From an uncultured Actinomycetes bacterium (GTDB lineage Bacteria; Actinomycetota; Thermoleophilia; Solirubrobacterales; 70-9): a DNA stretch of 64,000 nt. Numbering within the stretch: the first letter of the stretch is position 1; the number at the start of each line of letters is the position of its first letter. The translations under genes were made by a program, and so were the position numbers. Positions 35,364 to 43,940 of this stretch are shown one piece after another. Below the pieces are notes generated by a model. That model was given only the letters and a program-made list of their open reading frames with translations. It searched no databases and was not told the DNA's origin. The DNA lies in NCBI GenBank assembly GCA_963840235.1, contig CAWIYC010000003.1, positions 456,927 to 520,926 on the forward strand, given 5' to 3'.

Positions 35364-36281
35364 ATGCGGGCCAGGACCAAAGACGAGATGCTCACGGCGG
35401 CGGCCGCCGCCATCTGTCTCTGCGGGATCCTCGCCGCCCCCGCGGTCGCCGGTACCGGCACCACCGCGAAGGGGGTTGCACCGCTGACCACGCCCGGGGC
35501 GGCCACCGCCACCGCCAACTGCCCCCAGGGGACCAGGTCGACCGGCGGCGGATTCAAGGTCGCCAACGGCTTCGAGCCGCCCCCGGTCAGCGCCGGCTTG
35601 CGCAGCATCACCCAGGTCAGCGCCCCCACCGGCAAACGGGCCTGGCGGGTCGTTACCCCGGGTTTCGGCTCGGCGACGAGCACCACCCTGACCGCCTTCG
35701 CCCGCTGCTCGGCCGGGATCGGATCGGTGACCGTCGCCACCGAGTCGGCGAACCTCGATCCGACCGTCGCCACACGGCTGCAGCCGCGCTGCCCGCCGAC
35801 CAGGAGGCTGCTCGGTGGCGGTTACCGGGTCGCCCCGACCTTCCATTTCACGCCGGCTCCGACAGGCGGGCCGCTGATAGTCGCGCTCGAGTCGCGCAAG
35901 ATCGGCGGTCGCGACTGGCGCGTCACCGTCGCCAACGTCAACCTCGGCAACTCGGTCACCGGCAAGGTCACCGCCTACGCGCTCTGCGGATCGGGTGGCG
36001 CCAGGTCGAAGACCGTGGCCCGGTCGGCGGCGCTGGACTACGGCACCCGCGCCGGAGCCGTGGCCAGATGCCCGACGAAGTGGCACACGGTCTCGGGCGG
36101 GTTCAAGGCCTCGCCACTGTTCGAGGCGCTTGCCACCTCCGACTTCGTCCTGCCCCTGTTCGACGTATCCGCCCCGCAGGGCACGCGCGACTGGTCGGTC
36201 GGCGCCTCCTCCTACACCCCCTTCACCGGCAGCGTCGCCGACGGCAAGATCACGGTCTACGCCTACTGCGAGCACAACTGA
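35364..36281 (+). CDS. Secreted protein made of three Cys-bounded repeats
   Basis: A signal peptide is followed by three units of about 90 aa, each of the form CP-x5-7-GGGF/Y ... (R/K)xW(R/S)V ... T(A/V)(F/Y)AxC. The Cys pairs are 53/115, 143/208 and 236/302. Confidence 0.7.
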   Translation: MRARTKDEMLTAAAAAICLCGILAAPAVAGTGTTAKGVAPLTTPGAATATANCPQGTRSTGGGFKVANGFEPPPVSAGLRSITQVSAPTGKRAWRVVTPGFGSATSTTLTAFARCSAGIGSVTVATESANLDPTVATRLQPRCPPTRRLLGGGYRVAPTFHFTPAPTGGPLIVALESRKIGGRDWRVTVANVNLGNSVTGKVTAYALCGSGGARSKTVARSAALDYGTRAGAVARCPTKWHTVSGGFKASPLFEALATSDFVLPLFDVSAPQGTRDWSVGASSYTPFTGSVADGKITVYAYCEHN

Positions 36282-36289
36282 GCCGCGTG

Positions 36290-37384
36290 ATGGGCTCGCG
36301 GCAAGAGCCGATCGAGATCTTCACCCTCACCGACGGCGGCCAGAGGGCCGAGGATGTCGCCCGCAAGGTCGCGGGCTTCATCGCCCCCTCCAAGAGCACC
36401 CTCGAGCTCGCGCTCTACGACGTCAGGCTTCCGGACCCGACCGGCTCGATCGTCGCCGACGCGCTGCGGGCTGCGGCCGGGCGCGGGGTACGGATCCGCC
36501 TCGTCTACAACACCGACACCGACCGGCCGCCGGCGATCCATCCTCCGCCCGCGACCAGGCCGGAGATCCTCGGGGAGCTGCCGATCTCGGCCCGCGGGAT
36601 TCCGGGCATCCCCGACCTGATGCACCACAAGTACGCGGTCCGCGATTCGGAGGCGGTCTGGAGCGGCTCGACCAACTGGACGGTGGATTCCTGGACGCGG
36701 CAGGAGAACGCCGTGATCACGGTCGCCTCGTCCGGCGTGGCAAAGCGCTTCCGCGAGAACTTCGAGGAGCTGTGGGGGAGGGGGGAGGTCGACCGCAGCG
36801 GCTTCACCGACCCCGAGCGTGTTGACGTGGCCGGGACGGTGGTGCGGGCGTGGTTCACGCCCGGGCACGGCGAGGCACTCTCTGCACGGATCGCGGAGGC
36901 GATCAAGCGAGCCCGGACCCGGGTGCGGATCGCCTCGCCGGTGATCACCTCGGCGCCGGTCCTCGGCGCCCTGGCGGAGATCGGGAGTGGGGGAGGGGTG
37001 GACGTCGCAGGAGTCGTCGACGAGCCCCAGACCGACCGCGTCTTCGAGCAGTGGCATGGGGACAACGGCGCCTGGAAGATCCCGCTGCTGGCAACCGTCC
37101 TCTCGCAACTGCCGATCTCGGGGAAGCCCTCGACGCCATGGAGCCCGGAGACCGTCCACGACTTCATGCACGCCAAGGTCACCGTTGCCGACGACGTCGT
37201 CTTCGTCGGCTCCTTCAACCTTTCGCGCTCCGGAGAGCAGAATGCGGAGAACGTGCTGGAGATCGCCGACGCCGCTCTCGCCGGGCGGATGGCGGCCTAC
37301 ATAGATGAATCAAGGGCCCGCTACCCGGCCTCGACGATCCCCGCTTTCGCCGCGGCGACGATCTCTTCCGGCTCCTCCGCGTAG
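36290..37384 (+). CDS. Phospholipase D-family protein with two HKD motifs
   Basis: HHKYAVRD...GSTNWT and HAKVTVADD...GSFNLS are two HxK(x)4D...GS(x)N motifs. No signal peptide was seen. Confidence 0.85.
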   Translation: MGSRQEPIEIFTLTDGGQRAEDVARKVAGFIAPSKSTLELALYDVRLPDPTGSIVADALRAAAGRGVRIRLVYNTDTDRPPAIHPPPATRPEILGELPISARGIPGIPDLMHHKYAVRDSEAVWSGSTNWTVDSWTRQENAVITVASSGVAKRFRENFEELWGRGEVDRSGFTDPERVDVAGTVVRAWFTPGHGEALSARIAEAIKRARTRVRIASPVITSAPVLGALAEIGSGGGVDVAGVVDEPQTDRVFEQWHGDNGAWKIPLLATVLSQLPISGKPSTPWSPETVHDFMHAKVTVADDVVFVGSFNLSRSGEQNAENVLEIADAALAGRMAAYIDESRARYPASTIPAFAAATISSGSSA

Positions 37385-38022
37385 GCGATCACATTAAGGT
37401 CCGCGGGCGAGATCCGGCCCTCCCCGGCCAGCCGCTCCCCGACCCAGTCCATCAGCCCACGCCAGTGGTCGCGATCGACGAGGACGACGGGAAAGTCTGC
37501 CGCCTTGTCGGTCTGCCCGAGGGTTAGCACCTCGAACATCTCGTCGAGCGTGCCGAAGCCGCCCGGGAAGAGGACGAAGGCGCGCGAGTAGCGGACGAAC
37601 ATCAGCTTGCGAGTGAAGAAGTAGTGGAACTCCATGCCGATGTCGACGAAGGGATTCAGCGCTTGCTCGTGCGGCAACTCGATGTTGAGCCCGATCGAGA
37701 GCCCTTCGGCGTCGCGGGCGCCGCGGTTGGCGGCCTCCATCGTCCCCGGGCCTCCGCCGGTGATCACCGACCATCCCGCCTCGCCGAACGCCTGCCCGAC
37801 ACGACGGGCAAGGGCGTACTCGGGGTGATCGGGCGATGTGCGGGCCGAGCCGAAGACGCAAACGGCAGGGTCGGTCCCGGCGAGCGTCTCGAACCCGGTC
37901 CGCAGCTCGGCCTCGATCCGGACCAGCCGCTCGGCGTCTGTCTGGGTCTCGATGATCCGCGGGTCGCCGGCCCAGATGATCTCCTCGTCGAAGGTGGAGG
38001 GGCGTCGCGGCCCGACCGTCAC
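37321..38022 (-). CDS. LOG / TIGR00730-family Rossmann-fold nucleotide-binding protein
   Basis: VFGSARTSP, ITGGGPGTMEAANRGA and PGGFGTLDEMFE are diagnostic. The GTG start at 38022 is tentative. The 3' end overlaps the PLD gene by 64 nt. Confidence 0.85.
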   Translation of the reverse strand: MTVGPRRPSTFDEEIIWAGDPRIIETQTDAERLVRIEAELRTGFETLAGTDPAVCVFGSARTSPDHPEYALARRVGQAFGEAGWSVITGGGPGTMEAANRGARDAEGLSIGLNIELPHEQALNPFVDIGMEFHYFFTRKLMFVRYSRAFVLFPGGFGTLDEMFEVLTLGQTDKAADFPVVLVDRDHWRGLMDWVGERLAGEGRISPADLNVIAYAEEPEEIVAAAKAGIVEAG

Positions 38023-38032
38023 CGGCGGCCCC

Positions 38033-38425
38033 TCACTTGAACAGCCAGCGGGCGTCGGTGGTCGGCTCAGCGTAGACCTGGACCGAGACGACACGGCCCT
38101 CGCGGAGAGTCCAGAGCCAGGCGTTCGGAGTGTCGATCTCCGCGCTCCGTCGGCTGGCGCGAACCCGCCCGAAGACCAGCACCCGGTCGCCCTCGAGCTC
38201 ATGAAAATCCTCCGGGACCAGCTCGATCTCGTCCCAGATGGTGGAGACGTCGCGGACGTAGGAGACCAGGGCAGCGATTCCCTGATAGGGCGTCTCGCGC
38301 CCCGAGAGGATCCCGGTCACGCTCGAGATCTCGATCTCGGGGTCGGAGATCTCCTCCAGCGTGGCGAGGTCCCGGTCGCGAAACGCATCGTAGGCGCGCC
38401 TGACGATGTCGATCGAGCCACTCAT
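38033..38425 (-). CDS. SnoaL/NTF2-like fold protein
   Basis: 130 aa. The N-terminus IDIVRRAYDAFRDRDLATLEE and the overall pattern are typical of SnoaL-like domains. Confidence 0.72.
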   Translation of the reverse strand: MSGSIDIVRRAYDAFRDRDLATLEEISDPEIEISSVTGILSGRETPYQGIAALVSYVRDVSTIWDEIELVPEDFHELEGDRVLVFGRVRASRRSAEIDTPNAWLWTLREGRVVSVQVYAEPTTDARWLFK

Positions 38426-38474
38426 GGTGTCGGAGCCGACAGCCTACGGAGTCCGCAGGGTAGGGTTCGCTGCC

Positions 38475-39125
38475 ATGAACGATGACTGGCGCCTGAGCAT
38501 CGAGCTCGAAGAGCACGGCCTTGCCCACGGCCTGACCGAGGATCTCGGCGCCGGGGAGCTCGACCACGATCTCGAGGAATCCTTCGGCGACCGCGTGATC
38601 GTCACCCACGACGGCCCCCACGTGTTCCTTTACGCTGCGACCCGCGAGCAGGCCGATGAGGCCGAGAAGGCGGTCCGCTCGCTGGCCGAGACAAAGAACT
38701 GGAACCTCGCCACCGTCGTCCTCGAGCACTGGCACCCGACCGAGCTCGAGTGGGAGGACCCCGACAAGCCGCTTCCCGGGACCGAGGTGGAGAAGGAGTC
38801 CGAGCACGAGGCCCTGATCGAGGAGGAGCGGACCGATGCGGCCGAGCGCGGCTACCCCGAGTGGGAGGTCAGGGTCGACACACCGAGCCACCGCGACGCG
38901 GTCGAGCTCTCCAAGCGCCTCGACGCCGAGGGGCTGCAGAACGTTCGCCGTTGGAAGTACCTCGTCGTCGGCGCGGTCGACGAGGACAGCGCCCAGACCC
39001 TGGCCGAGCGCCTGCGAGCCGAGGCCCCGGCCGGGAGCGAGGTCAAGGTCGAAGGAACCTTCCAGGCCGCCCGCCATGAGGCCCCGCCGAATCCGTTCGC
39101 GATCTTCGGCGGCCTCGGCGGCTGA
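38475..39125 (+). CDS. Hypothetical protein with an internal duplication
   Basis: Two units of about 75 aa (WRLSIELEE...LYAATREQADEAEKAVRSLA and WEVRVDTPS...VGAVDEDSAQTLAERLRAEA). No family assigned. Confidence 0.62.
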   Translation: MNDDWRLSIELEEHGLAHGLTEDLGAGELDHDLEESFGDRVIVTHDGPHVFLYAATREQADEAEKAVRSLAETKNWNLATVVLEHWHPTELEWEDPDKPLPGTEVEKESEHEALIEEERTDAAERGYPEWEVRVDTPSHRDAVELSKRLDAEGLQNVRRWKYLVVGAVDEDSAQTLAERLRAEAPAGSEVKVEGTFQAARHEAPPNPFAIFGGLGG

Positions 39126-39128
39126 GCG

Positions 39129-40367
39129 CTAGCCGCTCCTGGCGGCGAGGTCCTTGGCCGCGTACATCGAGCGGTCGGCCTCGATCAGGACTGCCTCCTC
39201 ATCGGCGGTGTTCTCGTCGATCAGCGCATAGCCGATGCTCGCTGTCGGGTGGAACGTCTGTCCGCCGGCGTGCACCTCGCACTCGGAAATCGCCTCGATC
39301 AGTTCGCGCAAGAGCGCCTCGGCGGCCGCGCGGTCAGCGTGCGGCATCAGCACCGCAAACTCGTCCCCGCCGAGGCGGGCGATGTTGTCGCTGCCGCGCA
39401 CACGGCCCTCGATCGCCTTGGCGACGGCGCGCAGCGTGTCGTCGCCGACCTTGTGCCCGTAGGTGTCGTTGATCCGCTTGAGGTCGTCGAGGTCGAGCAG
39501 CAGCAGGGCAGCATGCTCTCCGTAGCGCTGACACCGCCTGACCGCGAGGAATAGCTCCTCCTCCAGCAGCCGGCGGTTGCGGACGCCGGTCAATGCATCG
39601 CTGTCGGCGAGCCACTGCAACCGCTTCTCCATCCGCTTTCGCTCGGAGATGTCCTCGATCTGCGAGATGAAGTGGAGGGGCTCGCCGTCGGCGTCTCGCA
39701 CCAGGGAGACCGAGAGCATGATCCAGACCGTGGAACCATCGGCGCGGATGTACCGCTTTTCCATCTGGTAGTCGCGGATCTGATCGTGGAGGAGCGACTG
39801 CACCTGCTCGAGATCCGCCTCGAGGTCATCGGGATGGGTTATGTCCTGGAAGGTCTTCCTCAGCAGCTCTTCGGCCGGATAACCGGTTATCTCGCAGACC
39901 CGGCGGTTGACCCGGAACCAGCTCCCGTCGAGTCCGATCAGGGCCATCCCGATCGGGGCGTCCTCGAAGGCCCGCTCGAAGCGCTCGCGGGCGTCGCGCA
40001 GCTCGGTCTCCGTCCGCTTGCTGGAGGTGAAGTCGCGCGCCACGGCCACCCCCCCGATGACGGATCCGTCCCCGTCGCGCCAGGGGTTGACATCGAGCAG
40101 GAACAACGAGTCGCCATCCTCTGCGCTCCAGCCCAGCTCCATCGATCCCGGGTCCCCCCGCAGCGCACCCGCATAGAGCGGCTCGAGGACGGCCCAGCGG
40201 TCGGGGGGGAGGATGTCAGGGGCGCGGCTCCCCTCGAATGCCGCGGGGGTCCAGCCGTTGCGGTGGACGACCTCCCCGACCGCGAGCACGTAGCGGAACT
40301 CCCAGTCGAAGACGAGGATGGCGACATCCGGCAGCGAGCGCAACGCCGAGAGGGCCAGCTCGCCCAT
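39129..40367 (-). CDS. PAS-PAS-GGDEF diguanylate cyclase
   Basis: RLGGDEFAVL is an intact GGDEF motif with RGSD (an RxxD I-site) five residues upstream. Two PAS-like regions precede it. The start may be at 40367 (MGELAL) or 40502. Confidence 0.88.
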   Translation of the reverse strand: MGELALSALRSLPDVAILVFDWEFRYVLAVGEVVHRNGWTPAAFEGSRAPDILPPDRWAVLEPLYAGALRGDPGSMELGWSAEDGDSLFLLDVNPWRDGDGSVIGGVAVARDFTSSKRTETELRDARERFERAFEDAPIGMALIGLDGSWFRVNRRVCEITGYPAEELLRKTFQDITHPDDLEADLEQVQSLLHDQIRDYQMEKRYIRADGSTVWIMLSVSLVRDADGEPLHFISQIEDISERKRMEKRLQWLADSDALTGVRNRRLLEEELFLAVRRCQRYGEHAALLLLDLDDLKRINDTYGHKVGDDTLRAVAKAIEGRVRGSDNIARLGGDEFAVLMPHADRAAAEALLRELIEAISECEVHAGGQTFHPTASIGYALIDENTADEEAVLIEADRSMYAAKDLAARSG

Positions 40368-40576
40368 GTCCTTGGTTCTTGATTTGTCGGTCCTCGCCTC
40401 GTACACCGCCAGGAGAGATATCGGCCGCTGGGCGGGACGCTTGAGGGTCTGGGGGGGCCGGCGGGCCCCGCGATCACGGGGCGCCGTCATCAACGGAGGC
40501 AACGCTTCCTAATCTGTCTTATGTCAACCCGGAGAGAGCCGCAGGCGGCATCCGGTCCGGACCCTAGCCTCGGCCC

Positions 40577-41095
40577 GTGGCCAACTTTGCCATCCGCGCC
40601 CCCTCTGTCGATGACCTGCTCGACCCCTACAGCGTCGGGCCGGTCGCCCAGCGGCCGCTGACCGACGAGGTGCGCGACCGCATCCTCTGGGCCTGGATAG
40701 ACACCAGGCACGAACGGCCCAGCCATCTCACGGTCGAGCTGCCGGGCTCCGAGAGACGCGAGGGCCTTGCCGAGAAGGTAAAGGGCGCGATCCGCCACGA
40801 TCTCGAGGAAACCTATGTCTCGAGCAAGAAATGGCTCTCTGTAAGCCGCAGCGAGCGGCGCGAGACGCTGATCGCCTTCGGCTTCCTCATTGTCTGCCTC
40901 GTCCTCTCCAGCTTGATCGACCAGGCCACCGCCAACGACGCCTTCTTCAGCAGCGTCTCCCAGGGCCTGGTCGTGCTCGGCTGGGTCGCCCTGTGGTCAC
41001 CGGCGCAACGCCTGTTCGCGACCGTTTCGCGGCGGCTCAACCGCAGGCGCTACCGCGAGCTGAGTCAGGCGCGGATCGAGATCGAGTGGGTCTGA
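40577..41095 (+). CDS. Hypothetical membrane protein
   Basis: 172 aa with two hydrophobic segments (LIAFGFLIVCLVLSSLI, GLVVLGWVALW). GTG start. Confidence 0.6.
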   Translation: MANFAIRAPSVDDLLDPYSVGPVAQRPLTDEVRDRILWAWIDTRHERPSHLTVELPGSERREGLAEKVKGAIRHDLEETYVSSKKWLSVSRSERRETLIAFGFLIVCLVLSSLIDQATANDAFFSSVSQGLVVLGWVALWSPAQRLFATVSRRLNRRRYRELSQARIEIEWV

Positions 41096-41263
41096 GCCCT
41101 CCGCCCCGATCCGCACCGCATCGGGTTGACATAACCACCCCGCCACCCTTCGATGAACGGTTTCGGCTCCCATGGGTGCTGAAATCCTTCAGCGGCGCTC
41201 CCGGGTGCTCCCGCGGGCCCGCCCGCCGGGTGCTCTGACTCCCGCCTGGCAGGCTTGCAGCCC

Positions 41264-43918
41264 TCAGGGTCCGGGCGGCGGCCCGGTCCAGCCGGCCGCG
41301 TAGCAGGCCATCGGCCCGCAGGGGTCGGTGATCTGCCCGTTCGTCTTCAGGAACTCGGCGATCTGCGCCCGCACGATCGGCGTCTGGCGGATCACGGTGT
41401 CGTGCGGGTCGACGCCGAATGTGTCGTTGGGGGACGTGTTGGTGATCGGCGGCGGATCGGTGCCGTAATCGACCATCGACTCGGTCCGCTTCGGGCCGAT
41501 GTCCCAGACGAAATAGCCGCTGCCGTCAGCGGCCGGCCCGGAGAGGTCGCCGAGGGCGGGGATGTCGAAGTAGGGCTGGTCGAAGCCGGTCGGCAGGCGG
41601 AAGGAGTCGAGCGCCGGCTGGCGCAGCGGCGCCCCGATCGTCCGCGCCTCGACCTCGGTCTGGACGTTGGCGACCTGGTGATCGCCGTAGGCCATCTCGA
41701 TCAGGACCTTGTGCGCCGGCGTGTTCGGCAGCGGGTCCGTGGTCATGTGGTTGGCGTAGCCGTCTGGCTCGCCCCGGTCCCACATCGACTGGATCATCGA
41801 AAGCAGCAGCGGCCGTGCCCCTTCGTCCGGGTACGACGGGTAGAGGACCAGCGCGTAGTCGGCGAAGTCGATGCTGCGAGTGAGCAGCGTCGAGTAGTTC
41901 ATCCCCGGCACGTAGAGGACGGTGCGGGTGATGTCGGGCTCGACCGCGGTCAGGGCCCCGCCGGCGATCCCGCCCTGGCTGTTGCCGTAGTAGAAGAGGC
42001 CCTTGTCGGTGGCCAGCGCAGAGTCGCCGCCGAACTCGAAGGCGGGGTCGTCGGTGAGGCCGTCGGAGTTACCCAGCAGCCGGCCGAGGTAGATGAAGTC
42101 GAGGAAGCCCTGTTGCAGACGATCCGCCAGCGGCGGGAAGTTCGACATGTCGAGCAGCGCCGGGACCGCCTCCGGTCCGACGTCGTCCTCGTACATGCCG
42201 ATGAAGTCGGTGGCGCAGGTGATCACGTTGTGGTCGTACCCGAGCGTTCGAACGTCCCGGGTGTGGACCTCGGTGTAGTCGCCGAAGAGCCCGTGCCCGT
42301 ACATCGAGGGCCGGTCGGCCTGGGCGACCTCGTAGTCGTCGGGGTCCGGCCCGACATGGTTGACGGCCGTCAGCGGGATGTTGCAGGTGAAACGGGCGTG
42401 GTAGACGCTCCCGGCCCCACTCGCCTGTGTCGGCAGGCCGTTGGAGTCCGGCGAGAAGCGCCCGGCGGTGGGCGCTTCGCAGTCGGGATGGATGTAGCAG
42501 GGCACGTCGAAGGTGCCGGTGACCTCACGTACGTTCTGCGCCGCGCGGTCGCTGTTGGTGAGCGCCAGATTGTGCGCCGGGTCGGGGTCCCCAACCGTCT
42601 TCACGTCGGTGATCGTGTAGTTCGGCGCGTCACCGTTGATGACTCCGTCGCCCGGAGTCGTGTCGTCGAGCTTGGCCAGGGCGTCGTCGCGGATGTGCAG
42701 CATCCGCTCGCTCAGGTTGCGGGTGCTGGCGACGGTGAAGTCCCAGGCCATGTAGAGGCCGGCCCGGCCGATGCCCGCCGCCTTCAGCTTGGCGAAGACG
42801 TTCTCCATGTGGCCGCGACGCTTCTCGATCACCCCGAACGCGGTCGGGATCTGGTCGCGGAAGAGCCGGAACCCTGCCGGCGCCGAGATCGTCTTGCCGC
42901 CGGCATCCTTGAGGTTGCGCATGGCGACGATGTAGCGGTGGCCGTCGAGCAGGTTGCGTCCCCAGTGGATCAGCAGGTCGGTGTCGGCCGGGGTCGAGGC
43001 GTTGGAGTCGAGCTCGGTCCAGATCAGCTGGCGCTCGCCGGTGGCGGCGTCGATGACGACGATCGGCGCGTTTGCGTCGGCGTACTCCCCCATATTCGTG
43101 ATCGGAACCGGGCCCGTGTTCGCGAACGCGGCCGGGGTATCCATGCCGGGAACGCGGGTGACCACCGGCGCGCCCGGGCTGAAGCCGTCGCTGGTGTTGA
43201 TCTCGGCCGGATTGACTTGGACGTCGCTGGCGTTTGCCGGGGTGGCGTCGGGCGCCAGGGCCAACCGCTTGCCGGTGTCCGTGCCCGGGTCGGAGCGGGT
43301 GTAGTAGTCGTTCGGATAGGGGAAGAGACATTCCCCGGCGTCGGTCGGCGCGATCGGGTCGCACTTCGGCGCGTCGGCGACGTCAACGCCGACCGGCGTC
43401 TTCCCCTGGCAGAGCTTGGGGTCGCGGGACACCGTCTTCACCGCCACAGCGGCCTTGCGCCAGTGCCCCTTGAACCGCACCTGAGCGACTACGCGCAGGC
43501 GAGTCGTGAGGCAGCTCTGGACCAGCGAGCGGCCGGTGGGGTTGAGGTCGATGGTCGCCGACTTGCTCGAGCCGCCACCGAGCCGAAGGCTCTCGCGGTG
43601 AGCGATGGTCGCGGTCTTGCCTCCCTGCTCGAGGGTGGTCGCGAGCCGGATACGGACGCCGTTCCTGCGGGTTCTGACAGAGACGTCGAAAGAGTCGGTG
43701 TTGACCAGCCCGCGCTGGGTGGCCGTGGTCAGCTTCAGCGCCAGCTTCGGCTTGCTCGATGGCCTTGCCGCAGCCGGTGCTGCCGGCACGGCGACGAGGA
43801 TGGACGCTCCCAGGATCGCGAGGATCGCGACCAGGGCGAACTCCCTGCCTGCGAATCTCACGCACTGCTCCCACCCTCGTCTCTCCTCCCCGGTTTGACT
43901 GTGGTCGAACGCTATCAC
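41264..43918 (-). CDS. Large secreted alpha/beta-hydrolase-like protein
   Basis: 884 aa with an N-terminal TM/signal segment. It has a GNSQGG nucleophile-elbow-type motif (G-x-S-x-G), GHGLFG, and YGDHQV near the C-terminus. The exact family is not recognised. Confidence 0.8.
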   Translation of the reverse strand: MIAFDHSQTGEERRGWEQCVRFAGREFALVAILAILGASILVAVPAAPAAARPSSKPKLALKLTTATQRGLVNTDSFDVSVRTRRNGVRIRLATTLEQGGKTATIAHRESLRLGGGSSKSATIDLNPTGRSLVQSCLTTRLRVVAQVRFKGHWRKAAVAVKTVSRDPKLCQGKTPVGVDVADAPKCDPIAPTDAGECLFPYPNDYYTRSDPGTDTGKRLALAPDATPANASDVQVNPAEINTSDGFSPGAPVVTRVPGMDTPAAFANTGPVPITNMGEYADANAPIVVIDAATGERQLIWTELDSNASTPADTDLLIHWGRNLLDGHRYIVAMRNLKDAGGKTISAPAGFRLFRDQIPTAFGVIEKRRGHMENVFAKLKAAGIGRAGLYMAWDFTVASTRNLSERMLHIRDDALAKLDDTTPGDGVINGDAPNYTITDVKTVGDPDPAHNLALTNSDRAAQNVREVTGTFDVPCYIHPDCEAPTAGRFSPDSNGLPTQASGAGSVYHARFTCNIPLTAVNHVGPDPDDYEVAQADRPSMYGHGLFGDYTEVHTRDVRTLGYDHNVITCATDFIGMYEDDVGPEAVPALLDMSNFPPLADRLQQGFLDFIYLGRLLGNSDGLTDDPAFEFGGDSALATDKGLFYYGNSQGGIAGGALTAVEPDITRTVLYVPGMNYSTLLTRSIDFADYALVLYPSYPDEGARPLLLSMIQSMWDRGEPDGYANHMTTDPLPNTPAHKVLIEMAYGDHQVANVQTEVEARTIGAPLRQPALDSFRLPTGFDQPYFDIPALGDLSGPAADGSGYFVWDIGPKRTESMVDYGTDPPPITNTSPNDTFGVDPHDTVIRQTPIVRAQIAEFLKTNGQITDPCGPMACYAAGWTGPPPGP

Positions 43919-43940
43919 CGGCCTCCCCCACCGGCGGACC

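Noticed and set aside
36290-38022. The PLD-family and LOG-family neighbours as a possible anti-phage defence module.
   Set aside because: The two genes are convergent, so they are not an operon. No helicase, ATPase, TIR, Sir2 or other partner genes are present, and both families have common housekeeping roles.
41096-41263. Hairpins in the convergent gap after the gene at 40577 (for example CCCGAT-N9-ATCGGG) as intrinsic terminators.
   Set aside because: The stems are short, lack U-tracts and sit in GC-rich sequence where such pairings arise by chance. The evidence is insufficient for a terminator call.
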